The notes beneath the pieces were generated by a model that was not told where the DNA came from, ran no database searches, and saw nothing but the letters and a program-made list of their open reading frames with translations. Of a stretch of DNA of 64,000 nucleotides, positions 50,755 through 60,804 are shown piece after piece. The translations under genes were made by a program, and so were the position numbers. How positions within the stretch are numbered: the stretch's first letter is position 1; every line of letters starts with the position of its first letter. The DNA lies in contig JBFMAF010000031.1 of assembly GCA_040755995.1 (NCBI GenBank), positions 64,001 through 128,000 on the forward strand, in the 5' to 3' direction. The DNA comes from Acidobacteriota bacterium. GTDB taxonomy: Bacteria > Acidobacteriota > CAIWXX01.

Positions 50755-51918
50755 ATGCTGACTCTTTTCAGAGCGTGTGAGCTCTACGCGCCCGAAAGGC
50801 TGGGCATCAGAGATGTTCTGATCGGCGCCGGCCGGGTTCTCGCCGTGGATCAACACATTGCCGAGCCCAAGGACGTGGCTTGCGAGGTCATCCCTGCTGA
50901 TGGGCTGCGGATGATTCCGGGCCTCATCGATGTGCACGTGCACATCGCGGGAGCCGGAGGCGAGGGCGGGCCGTCGACACGGACTCCGGAGATGCAGCTG
51001 GGCCAGATGCTGAAGGGCGGCATCACCAGCGTGATCGGTTCGCTCGGTACCGACGGCATGACGCGCTCGGTGGAGAGCGTCCTGATGAAGGCGAAGGCGC
51101 TCCGCCAGGAGGGCGTGTCCGCGTGGATCCTCACTGGCGCCTACCAGGCGCCTACACCCACTATTCTGGGCGATGCCGGCAGGGATGTGGCCATGATCGA
51201 GGAAATAATCGGCGTGGGCGAGGTCGCCGTCTCCGACCACCGATCGTCATGTCCGACCGTGCCCGAGCTGGCGCGGATCGCGGCACACGCGCGTGTCGGC
51301 GGCATGCTCGGCGGCAAGGCCGGCCTGGTGCTCCTGCACATGGGCGACGCCCAGAAGCCATTCGACATCCTCTACCAGGTGGTGAGCTTCAGCCAGCTTT
51401 CGCTCGCGCAATTCCTGCCTACGCACTGCACCCGCAATGCGCACATCTTCCAGGAGGCCAAGGAATACGGAAAGCAGGGCTATGTAGATATCACGGCGAG
51501 CGCCTACCCCTTCTTCCCCGACGACGAGGTGAAGCCGTCGAAGGCGATCGTGGAGCTGCTCAAGGCCGGCGTGCCGCTCGACCACATCACCATGTCATCG
51601 GATGGGTGCGGGAGCCTGCCTCGATTCGACGAGAAGGGAAACGTGGTGATGCTCGTGAGCGGCGAGCCCGATTCGATCTTTCGCGAGCTTGTCGAGGCCG
51701 TTCGCCAGGACGGGCTCCCACTCGAGCTGGCCCTCAAGGTGGTCACCTCGAACCCGGCCCGCATATTCAAGCTCCCGCGCAAGGGAAGCATCGCCGCCGG
51801 CTATGATGCCGACCTCGTGCTCCTGGATAAGGAGGACCGGCCCTATCACGTCGTCGCCAACGGAGCGTTTTTCGTGAAGTACGCGGAGGTGCTCCGGAGA
51901 GGCACCTTCGAAAAGTAG
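50755..51918 (+). CDS. iadA: Isoaspartyl dipeptidase (beta-aspartyl peptidase)
   Basis: PGLID.HVHI.G.GGEGG...RTPE, LGTDG, SDHRSS, LHMGD, PTH, SSDG.GSLP.F motifs. Confidence 0.95.
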   Translation: MLTLFRACELYAPERLGIRDVLIGAGRVLAVDQHIAEPKDVACEVIPADGLRMIPGLIDVHVHIAGAGGEGGPSTRTPEMQLGQMLKGGITSVIGSLGTDGMTRSVESVLMKAKALRQEGVSAWILTGAYQAPTPTILGDAGRDVAMIEEIIGVGEVAVSDHRSSCPTVPELARIAAHARVGGMLGGKAGLVLLHMGDAQKPFDILYQVVSFSQLSLAQFLPTHCTRNAHIFQEAKEYGKQGYVDITASAYPFFPDDEVKPSKAIVELLKAGVPLDHITMSSDGCGSLPRFDEKGNVVMLVSGEPDSIFRELVEAVRQDGLPLELALKVVTSNPARIFKLPRKGSIAAGYDADLVLLDKEDRPYHVVANGAFFVKYAEVLRRGTFEK

Positions 51919-52348
51919 CCTTGAGGGTGTCTCAGCAAGTCGGGTCCTTCCTGTCCCCACGTCTCCCACGTCCGGTTGGCTGCCCATCGTGACTTGGACG
52001 TGAACGATGCGTTTGACCTCCCTCCGCTCACGTTCAGGTCGACGTGTGCATCTACGAATGCGATGTCGCCGAACTGAGGCGCCGGGCCCGGGATTGCACA
52101 ATGCCGAAGAATAGTCGAGAATTGGGTTCAGCCCATCCAGGAGGCGTATCGACGTGAACGGCGCCCGATGCCCCAGGCGACTTGAGACGACGAAGATGTT
52201 GCGCCTGAGTCAAGTTCTTGGACCGGAGCGCCGCTGCCACTCTCTACTCTCCACTCCCTGCACTCTACGCGAGGCCCGGCCGGCTCGGCCTCGCATGATA
52301 CATCGGTCCGAGGCCGCGCCTCGTCAGGGGTAAGTCATAGACCCGATC

Positions 52349-54991
52349 ATGAAAGCGTATCTCGACGATCCGATCCACCCCGGCCCGCTCCGCGTCCTCG
52401 ACATCCGCGTCATGCACGGGGCGAACTACTTCAGCGGGGGACCCGTCGTCATCATGAGGCTCGACCTCGGCGAATACGACGAGGTCTTCACGAACCAGAT
52501 CCCGGGCTTCCTCGAAAGACTCCAGGCGCTGCTCCCAACGCTTGCGGAGCACCACTGCTCGGAGGGGAAGACTCTGGGGTTCTTCTCGCGCGTGAGTGAG
52601 GGCACGCTGCTCGGACACGTCACCGAGCATGTCACGATCGAGCTCCAGACCCTGGCGGGCATGGACGTCGCCTACGGCAAGACGCGCAGCACCTCGGCGA
52701 AGGGTGTCTACAACGTCGTCTATCGTTTCTTCGACGAGGTGGCGGGTGTGGTCGCCGGCAAGGCCGCCGTGAACATGATGAACTCCATCCTGCTTGGGCG
52801 CCCGTTCGACACGGCCTCGGCGATTACTACGCTTGTAGAAATACGTGAGAAGAGGCTGCTGGGTCCCAGCACCCAGGCTATCGTCAAGGAGGCCAGGCAG
52901 CGCGGCATCCCATTCCTGCGGCTCGACGAGTACAACCTGGTGCAGCTCGGCACAGGCAGGTACCAGAAGCGCATCCGGGCCACGATCACGTCCGACACCG
53001 ACTACCTCGCCGTGGAGACGGCGGACAACAAGCGGTTGACCACCCTGATGCTGACGGAGGCCGGCATCCCCGTGCCGGAGACCGTCGTGGCCGAGCGGCT
53101 GGAGGAGGTGATCGAGTTCCAGGCAAGGCTGAAGCAGCCTCTGGTGATCAAGCCGCGCGAGCGCCACATGCGCAAGGGTGTCACCGTTCGGCTTGATTCC
53201 GACGAAGAGATATCAGAAGCCTTCGGCTGGGCCAGGCAGTTCGATGAGGCCGTTCTCGTACAGCCCTTCGTCAGCGGCAACACCTACCGCGTCCTCGTTA
53301 TCGACTACCAGATGGTCGCCGCCGCCCAGGTGACCCCCCCTGTGGTTGTAGGAGACGGGCGGCACAGAATCACGGAGCTGATCGAGATTCTCAACCGGGA
53401 GCCGGACCGGGGAGTCGGCGACAAGTCGAAGCTGACGCGAGTGGAGGTGGATGAGATCACGCAGCGGATCCTGCGCGGGCGCGGGTACAGCCTCGACACG
53501 GTCCTCCCGGCAGGCGAGACGCTGCCGTTGAAGCTTTCAGGGAGTCTGAGGAGCGGCGGAAGCGCCCGCGACGTCACCGACGAGGTCCATCCGTTTAACC
53601 GGTTCCTGGCCGAACGCGCCGCCAAGGTCATCGGCCTGAATGTCGCCGGCCTAGATATCGTCGCGCCATCTCTGAGCACGCCGATTCTCGAGAACGGCGG
53701 CGTCTGCATCGGCGCGACCGCGGCGCCCGACCTGCGGCTCCATCTCAGCCCGACTCACGGCGCGGTGCGCGCCGTGGCAGGGCCGATCGTGGATATGCTG
53801 TTTCCCGCCGGAAGCAAGACGCGCATCCCGGTCTTCTCCGTCACCGGCACCCTGGGCAAGACCACCACCGTCAACCTGCTCGCCCATTGCCTCAAGCTCG
53901 CCCGATACCACGTCGGGTTGACGTCGACCGAGGGCCTGTCTATTTCGGACAAGATGCTCATGAAGGGCGACATGACGTACCCCGAACACGTCGCCCTGGT
54001 GTTGAAGGACCCCACGATCGACTGCGCCGTCCTCGAGACGGCACGCGAAGGGATCCTGCGCCGCGGCATCGGATACGAGCTCGCCGACTTCGGCATCGTG
54101 CTGAACATGTACGAAGACCACGTCGGGAGCGATGACATCAGGTACGTCGAGGACCTTGCCTACGCGAAGTCGGTCGTGGCCGAGCAGGTGTACGACGACG
54201 GCTACGCCGTCCTCAACGCTGACAACGACCTGGTGCTGGACATGCGGGATAGGGTCAGAAGCCACCTGGCGCTCTTCTCCCGATCCTACTCCAACCGCGA
54301 CGTGCGCGAGCATGCGGACGCCGGCGGCCTCGGTGTAGTCCTCGATCGCGGCGACATCCTGGTGCTCAAGGACCGCAACACGTTGCGCGTCACCAACATT
54401 GACGAGATCCCTCTCACGCACCAGGGCAAGGCTCACCAGAACTACGACAACATCCTTGCCGCAGTCGCCGCGCTGTTCGCCTTCCAGATTCCTCTGGAGA
54501 CGATCCGCTACGGCCTGCGGACGTTCTACCCCGACCCGGCAAAGCTGCCCGGCCGGATGAACGTCATTCAGATGGGCGACTTCACGGTTCTTGTCGACTA
54601 CGCGCACAATAGGGAGAGCTACCTGGAGCTCAAGGAGTTTCTCCGGCACTTCACGCAGAAGAAGCTGGGTGTGATCGATGCTCCGGGCGACCGCAGCGAT
54701 CACGAGATCATCGGCCTGGGCGAGATCGCCGCGCGCACCTACGACGAGGTCTATGTCTACGAGGGGTTCGACAGGCGCGGCAGGCCGATCGGCGAGATCG
54801 CGGAACTGCTCAAGCATGGTCTCGTCACGGCGGGGTTCGCCGAGGACCGCATCACGACCTTCATGGAGCCGGAGGCGGCGTGGAGGAGAGCGCTGGGGCG
54901 CGGAGGCCCGGAGCGGATGGTGGTGATCCTGACGGGGCGCGCCGAGAAGACGCTCCGGGTGATCGAGGCGCACGGAGGCAATGCAAAGTGA
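52349..54991 (+). CDS. cphA: Full-length CphA paralogue with degenerate ATP-grasp site
   Basis: 880 aa. N-domain Cx19HxxEH and Mur-like TGTLGKTTT, ETAREG, EDH, DYAHN present; ATP-grasp motifs altered. Confidence 0.88.
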   Translation: MKAYLDDPIHPGPLRVLDIRVMHGANYFSGGPVVIMRLDLGEYDEVFTNQIPGFLERLQALLPTLAEHHCSEGKTLGFFSRVSEGTLLGHVTEHVTIELQTLAGMDVAYGKTRSTSAKGVYNVVYRFFDEVAGVVAGKAAVNMMNSILLGRPFDTASAITTLVEIREKRLLGPSTQAIVKEARQRGIPFLRLDEYNLVQLGTGRYQKRIRATITSDTDYLAVETADNKRLTTLMLTEAGIPVPETVVAERLEEVIEFQARLKQPLVIKPRERHMRKGVTVRLDSDEEISEAFGWARQFDEAVLVQPFVSGNTYRVLVIDYQMVAAAQVTPPVVVGDGRHRITELIEILNREPDRGVGDKSKLTRVEVDEITQRILRGRGYSLDTVLPAGETLPLKLSGSLRSGGSARDVTDEVHPFNRFLAERAAKVIGLNVAGLDIVAPSLSTPILENGGVCIGATAAPDLRLHLSPTHGAVRAVAGPIVDMLFPAGSKTRIPVFSVTGTLGKTTTVNLLAHCLKLARYHVGLTSTEGLSISDKMLMKGDMTYPEHVALVLKDPTIDCAVLETAREGILRRGIGYELADFGIVLNMYEDHVGSDDIRYVEDLAYAKSVVAEQVYDDGYAVLNADNDLVLDMRDRVRSHLALFSRSYSNRDVREHADAGGLGVVLDRGDILVLKDRNTLRVTNIDEIPLTHQGKAHQNYDNILAAVAALFAFQIPLETIRYGLRTFYPDPAKLPGRMNVIQMGDFTVLVDYAHNRESYLELKEFLRHFTQKKLGVIDAPGDRSDHEIIGLGEIAARTYDEVYVYEGFDRRGRPIGEIAELLKHGLVTAGFAEDRITTFMEPEAAWRRALGRGGPERMVVILTGRAEKTLRVIEAHGGNAK

Positions 54992-55179
54992 GAAATGCAA
55001 AAGGCGGAATGCAAGAGGAGCATTGCCCCCGGGGGCGATGTATGCACATGTCCGTGAAATAGTGGGTCACCAAACGCCAGCTTGCCAACAGAATTGTTGG
55101 TCAACTATGTTGTTGTCGGCGGCGTTGAATGCCGGCTGAGCGCGATTCTGGTCCCCGCGCAAGACCGCCGATAGTCGCG

Positions 55180-57135
55180 CTACCTTGCGTCCTCCACTCT
55201 GAAAACGCCGGTGTCGGTGGCGGCATAGACGACGTTCGGTTCGGCGCTGCTGCTGGCCAGTGCACGCACGTACCTCGAGGCGGGCCGGCCGAGTCCGCGG
55301 CTCATCGGCAGCCAGGTCTTTCCACCGTTGGTGCTCCTGTAGACGCCCTGGCCTTGCGTTCCCGCATAGAGAACGTTGCTCGCGGTGGGCGATACCAACA
55401 GACACGACACCGCACGGCCCTTCATGATGGTGTTCCAGCTTTCACCCCTATCGGTGCTCTTCCACAGTTTCTTCGAGGTCCTTCCTTCGCACGCATAGAC
55501 AGTCGAGGGCGATCCAGGGTCGAGAGCGAGGCCCCATGAGAGGTCCCACGATTCCGTCCCGACTACAAGCATACAGGTCCAGGTAGATCCTCCGTCGGTG
55601 CTTTTCGCCGCGCAGACTCCGTCTTCACGGGCGGCATAGACGGTGGTGGGCATCGCGGGATCAATCTCGATGTGCGACACGGTGCCGCCCGAGAAGGTGA
55701 CGCTGCTCTTCCAGCTATGCCCTCCGTCAATGCTCTTGAACACCTGCTCGTAGATCGACGCATACAGCGTGGTTGGCGTCTGGGGGTCAACTGCTATCAA
55801 GTCGACCGCTCTGGGCATCTGTTTCCAGGTGGCCCCGCTATCGGTGCTCTTGAAGGTCCCGCTTCCTCCGCACGCGTAGACGACGTCCGGGTCGCTGGGG
55901 TCGATCGTGATGCTTCGGAGCCGCGTGAGCTTGGAACACTTGCCGATTGAACTGTTCCAGCTTCCTCCGCCGTCTGTCGTCTTGAAGACCCCTGCCGCTG
56001 TTCCAATGTACACGACGCCGGGTCGTGAAGGGTCGACGGCTAGAGCGTCGACTTGCCATTCTTTGATGCCGGCGTTGGCGGTCGACCATGTGGTTCCACG
56101 GTCGGTACTCTGGAGGACCCCTGATATCGTCGCCGCGTAGAGTAGATCCGAGTTTGTGGGATCAGCGACGATCCGTCGCACGGAGTCAGCTGGCAAGCCG
56201 GAGATGCGAGTCCACTTTTTGCCGCTCGTTGTCGTGACGTAGGCGCCATCCTCCGTGGCCGCATACAGGATGTCGGGACTGGCCGGGTCCACTGTCAGCC
56301 GCGGGACCTGATAACTCCTTTCGTCCGGGAACTCCCCGGCGAATTCCCAACGGGCACCCGCGTTCGTGCTCTTGAACAGGCCATGTGAACACACGCCCAC
56401 GTAAACGACATCAGGATTCGAAGGCGAGATACATATCCCCCCAACGCCGTAGATACGGGCAGGGAGGCCCCGATCGGATGCGACCCAGGTCGCGCCGCCG
56501 TCCGAGGTCTTGAAAATGTTGGGGTCTCCCGTGCCCGCATAGGCCACGTCTGGATTCCGAGGGTCAATTGCAATGGTCCCGACCCAGCCATCGTTCTCGA
56601 ACGAGCGAGTCCGCGACCAGGTGGTGCCGCCATCCGTGCTCCTGACGACGCAATCCCAGCTTGTGGCGGCGTACATCGTGGAGCTGCTCGAAGGACTGAC
56701 CGCGAAGCAACTGACACGGGACTTGCCGAAATGACCTTCGGAGAGCAGCCTGTTCCAACCCCTGCCCCCGTTGGTACTCTTGTACAACGCCGCATCGTGC
56801 AGCGCGTAAACCGTCGTCGCGACCGCGGGATCGACGACCAACTGGTCGTATACGGTGCCTGCGGTCGCCGGCAGGATCCTCCACGTCGCGGCACTGTCCA
56901 CGCTCTCATAGAAGGTCCCTGCCGATGCGTACAGGATGTTCGGGCGGGAGGGAGCTATGGCGAGGTCTGTGATGTTGCCGCCGTCCGGACCTACGTCTCG
57001 CCAGGCGGGCACTTGCTGCGAGCCTGCTTGAACCTTGTTCCCAAGTACCACCAGGCTCGCGGAAAGAACGAACCGTATCGCTACGTTCCATGAGGCGCGG
57101 TTGGGAAGTCGTCTAATCACGAATTGTGCGAACAT
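55180..57135 (-). CDS. Secreted BNR/Asp-box repeat beta-propeller protein
   Basis: Many S.DGG.(T/S)W repeats, and a hydrophobic signal-like segment. Start uncertain. Confidence 0.85.
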   Translation of the reverse strand: MFAQFVIRRLPNRASWNVAIRFVLSASLVVLGNKVQAGSQQVPAWRDVGPDGGNITDLAIAPSRPNILYASAGTFYESVDSAATWRILPATAGTVYDQLVVDPAVATTVYALHDAALYKSTNGGRGWNRLLSEGHFGKSRVSCFAVSPSSSSTMYAATSWDCVVRSTDGGTTWSRTRSFENDGWVGTIAIDPRNPDVAYAGTGDPNIFKTSDGGATWVASDRGLPARIYGVGGICISPSNPDVVYVGVCSHGLFKSTNAGARWEFAGEFPDERSYQVPRLTVDPASPDILYAATEDGAYVTTTSGKKWTRISGLPADSVRRIVADPTNSDLLYAATISGVLQSTDRGTTWSTANAGIKEWQVDALAVDPSRPGVVYIGTAAGVFKTTDGGGSWNSSIGKCSKLTRLRSITIDPSDPDVVYACGGSGTFKSTDSGATWKQMPRAVDLIAVDPQTPTTLYASIYEQVFKSIDGGHSWKSSVTFSGGTVSHIEIDPAMPTTVYAAREDGVCAAKSTDGGSTWTCMLVVGTESWDLSWGLALDPGSPSTVYACEGRTSKKLWKSTDRGESWNTIMKGRAVSCLLVSPTASNVLYAGTQGQGVYRSTNGGKTWLPMSRGLGRPASRYVRALASSSAEPNVVYAATDTGVFRVEDAR

Positions 57136-59185
57136 AGATGCCGTCCTCCGTGCCGGCGTAGAGGACCGGTTGCTCAGCGTCAACGGTAATCGAATTGACC
57201 CATGTGTACGAGCCACTTGTGGGCAGGCCACGGTTGATGGGATGCCAATTCGTTCCACCGTCCAGGCTGCGCCAGACTCCGGATTCGTCTGAGGCCACGT
57301 ACATCGTGCCAGGAGCGTCAGGGTCGAACGCCACTTGGGTAAACCATCGATAAGAGTCAGTCTCCGGGAACACCATTGACCAATGGCCGTCTCCCTGCTT
57401 CCACCGCAACAACGTCCCCCCGGCTATCACAAAGAAGACGCCGGGGTTGTGGGGATCGGGTGCTATCTGTTTGAAGCCCCAAGAAGGGGCCAGAACAGGA
57501 CTGAATGGGCTCCAGCACTTCCCATCATCCTCGCTCCTCCACAGGCGGGCCTTCTCCTCATGGCCCGCATCCGTCGACACGCCGGCGTAGAAGACACCCG
57601 GGCGCCTGGGATCGAAGACGAGGGGGCGCACATCTCCTGCGCCTGGCAGGTCAGAGCTCAGAAGGTGCCAATGGTCCCCGCGGTCGAGCGACTCCAGGAG
57701 GGCTCCATCCACCATGACCAGAAGGCGCCTGGGATTGGCCGGGTCGATCGTGAACGCCTCGAACGTAACCTCGTGCCAGGGCTGAGTCGTGGCCGTCCAG
57801 CTTTTCCCTCCATCTGTGCTTCTATAGATGAGCTCTGTCGCACTTCGCGAGTACAGCGTAAGGGTGTTTTTCGGGTGCACGAGAAGCCCGCCCAGACCGT
57901 AGTAGTCAGGGTATTCTCGAAGGCCCCCGCTGGCCAGTCCCCAGGTGGACCCGCCGTCACGGCTCTTCAAGATGAGCCCGCCGACTGCGTACACTGTTCC
58001 ACCGTGCTTGGGACTGGCGACGACCTCATTCACGCCGAATGAAAGACCCTTGCCTGTAAGCTCCCAGGATCTGCCGCCGTCGGTGCTCCGAAGAATTCCG
58101 CTGCCGTCTGAAATCGCGAGTACGGTGTCGGCCGAGGCCGCGTCCACCTGCAGGTGTATCCGTCCGGTACTGGGGGCGCCCGGAATCGGGACGGCAAGCC
58201 ACGTCGCTCCGCCCCGTGTGCCGCGATAGACCTCACCGGTCACGGTTACTACATAGAGCACGTCGGGGTCTGACGGACTGACAACAACGTCGTACATTTC
58301 CACCGCGGGCAGCCCCCTGCTGAGGCGTACCCATTCTGTGCCCCCATTCGTGGTCCTGTAGAGGCCTCGATTCGTGGCAGCCCATACAGTGTCACTTCGT
58401 CGCGAATGCGCACTTAGCGCGCTGACGAGGAGACCCTGACCGCCGGCAGGCAATCCGTTGTTCACGGACACCCATTTCACACCGGCATCCGTGCTCTTGA
58501 AGACGCCGCCAGTGGTACCGACGTAGACGTTGCTCGGGCTGGCCGGATCCACCTTTATCGAGCGGGGTTCATGGTCGGCGTCGAACTCGAAGATCCGCCG
58601 CCAGTTGTCACCGCCATCGGCCGATTTCCATACCTCCGGATAGTAGTAGTCTATAGCGTACATCACGTCGTGGTTGATGGTATTGACCGAGAGTGTGCTG
58701 GCCAGGATATCCAGGTCCACCCAGGTGCGGCCGCCGTTCCGAGTCCTGCATAGCCCGGCCTCCTTCCCGTCGTTCCATGCCATGAACAGCGTCTTGCGAT
58801 CGACCGGATCCACGACGAGTTCGTATACGGAGCTCCAGTAGGTGTCCGCATCCGGCATCGCCCCATTCCAGGTCTCGCCCACCTCGGTGCTCTTGGAACC
58901 CCAATAGGAACCCTCACCCGGCACAGCGCTGTCCCAAGTCTGGCCTCCATCGGTGCTCTTGATGAGCCGATCGTAGCCTTCGACGGCCCATACCAGGCCC
59001 GGCTGGCTGGGAGACGCGGCGACGACCGCGAGACGCCCTCCCGCGTCGACCTTGGTCCATACGTTCACTCCTGCAGCGGAGCTCGAGCTGGTCGCTGCGA
59101 GCACGATCAGAACCCGCAGCACCCCAATCAGGGCTGCAGCGTGCTTCCGGCAGGATTTCCGCACTCGTGAAAACGCATCAAACAT
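57113..59185 (-). CDS. Secreted BNR/Asp-box repeat beta-propeller protein
   Basis: Many S.DGG..W repeats, signal peptide, GAGGAGG RBS. Confidence 0.88.
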   Translation of the reverse strand: MFDAFSRVRKSCRKHAAALIGVLRVLIVLAATSSSSAAGVNVWTKVDAGGRLAVVAASPSQPGLVWAVEGYDRLIKSTDGGQTWDSAVPGEGSYWGSKSTEVGETWNGAMPDADTYWSSVYELVVDPVDRKTLFMAWNDGKEAGLCRTRNGGRTWVDLDILASTLSVNTINHDVMYAIDYYYPEVWKSADGGDNWRRIFEFDADHEPRSIKVDPASPSNVYVGTTGGVFKSTDAGVKWVSVNNGLPAGGQGLLVSALSAHSRRSDTVWAATNRGLYRTTNGGTEWVRLSRGLPAVEMYDVVVSPSDPDVLYVVTVTGEVYRGTRGGATWLAVPIPGAPSTGRIHLQVDAASADTVLAISDGSGILRSTDGGRSWELTGKGLSFGVNEVVASPKHGGTVYAVGGLILKSRDGGSTWGLASGGLREYPDYYGLGGLLVHPKNTLTLYSRSATELIYRSTDGGKSWTATTQPWHEVTFEAFTIDPANPRRLLVMVDGALLESLDRGDHWHLLSSDLPGAGDVRPLVFDPRRPGVFYAGVSTDAGHEEKARLWRSEDDGKCWSPFSPVLAPSWGFKQIAPDPHNPGVFFVIAGGTLLRWKQGDGHWSMVFPETDSYRWFTQVAFDPDAPGTMYVASDESGVWRSLDGGTNWHPINRGLPTSGSYTWVNSITVDAEQPVLYAGTEDGIYVRTIRD

Positions 59186-59311
59186 CTCGTCCTCCTCTCG
59201 TTGACTCCACCAAACCGCTGCGTTGGGCTCCCGATGCGGGAGGCGGGCGCGGGGATTCGTCCGCCCATGAGCGCAGGACCAGTCCACCCACGCGCGCCTC
59301 CCTCCGCAGAA

Positions 59312-59370
59312 TCCTCAGCATGCTCAATTCCCTCCAACCTTCATACGCGCAACCTGGAGGCGAAACCGCT
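59312..59370. repeat. 59-bp imperfect repeat, copy 1 (copy 2 at 60623-60681)
   Basis: 52/59 identical by manual alignment. Each copy lies upstream of a minus-strand secreted-protein gene. Confidence 0.85.
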
Positions 59371-59412
59371 GCTCCGCAGCCGGTGAGGTCTGCGCGTGGT
59401 GACGTTCGGTGA

Positions 59413-60552
59413 TCATCTCAGGCGGTCTATCACTTCATCCAGTCTGTGCAGATAAAGAGTCCTGTGATTCCTGTACAGGCACGGATCCCAGAGAACTCCG
59501 TAGTATCCTTCACGCCGCACGATCCCCCGGAGCTCGTCAAGATTTCTCGCCCACACTTCCTCCTTCACGGGCATGCACCAAGGTTCTTCGTCGAGACTGG
59601 TTGCCCAGAAGTCCTTCGCGCCGTCGGTGTTGGGAATCAACGGGGTGTTCCATCTCCTGCGCTTGCCCTTCGCGGCGAGAATGGTCTGCCTCTGCTCGAT
59701 CCAGTCGCCGACCGAGCCGATGTTGTGGACTGAAACCACGCCCACCCTGCTGTTCAGGCCCAACTCCAGGAATCGGGAGGCCTGGTTGTAAGAGAAGACC
59801 GTCATCCAGACTCTGGTCTTGGGAAGCGCGGTGAGCTGCAGCTCCTGCCTGTTGTCCTCGTCTTGATAGTAAGCGTACAACGAGTCCAGGATGCGGCTCT
59901 CCGCATCGAGAGCCCAGACGGGGGGCTGATTGCCTATCTCCCAGATCACCCTGTTCCTTGCCTTGGGATCCAGAGCTCTTACGAGCATGTCAATGAGCCG
60001 CCGTCCGAAATGCTCTGTGTCCGCGATGGAGGCCTCAGGTTTGAGGCCGCCCCATCCTTGCCAGTTATTTAGCTTGTTGTACGGGTGGTCCCCGAAATTC
60101 GGGCAAGTCGTTTTCAGCAGGGCACCGTATTCGCGGAGGCAGATTATCGGCGTGATCCCGCAGTCGAGTAGTCTGGTAATCCGGCCGCGAAACCTCTCGC
60201 TGAACTCATCCGACAGCTTTGAGACGTCGAAGCCGCTGCTGTCGTGGGTGTAAGGAAAATAGTCTGCGCACGGGAACATGCCCTCGCCCTCGCCACATCG
60301 CGGTATGTAGTAGGTCCACATGTCCACAATGAACACGCGCACCGCCGGCACACGCCGCGCCGGAGCTGCGAAGTGTTTCTCCAGGATCTCATCGAATTCC
60401 TCATCGCTCCAGCACCAGATGTCACCGAGTACGTCTATCGAAGACTTCCTGCTGTCAATTGGCGCGGCAAGGCGCCCTGTGTCCTCCGCCCACGACGAAT
60501 GCCAAATGAGCACTGCTCCCAGGCCCAACAGCCACCAAGCTAACCTGCACAT
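59413..60552 (-). CDS. Secreted hypothetical protein, possible clan GH-A-like TIM barrel
   Basis: Signal peptide MCRLAWWLLGLG..., GGAGG RBS, NRVIWEIGNQP motif. Confidence 0.65.
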   Translation of the reverse strand: MCRLAWWLLGLGAVLIWHSSWAEDTGRLAAPIDSRKSSIDVLGDIWCWSDEEFDEILEKHFAAPARRVPAVRVFIVDMWTYYIPRCGEGEGMFPCADYFPYTHDSSGFDVSKLSDEFSERFRGRITRLLDCGITPIICLREYGALLKTTCPNFGDHPYNKLNNWQGWGGLKPEASIADTEHFGRRLIDMLVRALDPKARNRVIWEIGNQPPVWALDAESRILDSLYAYYQDEDNRQELQLTALPKTRVWMTVFSYNQASRFLELGLNSRVGVVSVHNIGSVGDWIEQRQTILAAKGKRRRWNTPLIPNTDGAKDFWATSLDEEPWCMPVKEEVWARNLDELRGIVRREGYYGVLWDPCLYRNHRTLYLHRLDEVIDRLR

Positions 60553-60622
60553 GCCTCGCCTCCATCGCATGCCCGGCGACCTGCCAGGTCCGGTTGATCC
60601 ACGTGCTCCCCCTTCCAGAGAC

Positions 60623-60681
60623 TCCTCAGCATTCTCAACGACCTCCAACCCTCATACGCGCAACCTGGAAGGGAAACCGCT
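60623..60681. repeat. 59-bp imperfect repeat, copy 2
   Basis: Matches 59312-59370. Confidence 0.85.
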
Positions 60682-60804
60682 AATGCAAAATGAAAAAGGC
60701 AAAATGCCAAGGGGGGATCGCCCCCGGCGCGATGTCTGTTTCCTGGCTCCTGAATTCCTCTTCACACACTCTTGCCGCACTTCCGGGGTGATGGTAGTAT
60801 TTCG

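Noticed and set aside
55180..59185. Calling the BNR proteins sialidases or xyloglucanases
   Set aside because: Asp-box repeats alone do not specify activity, and no catalytic motif was identified.
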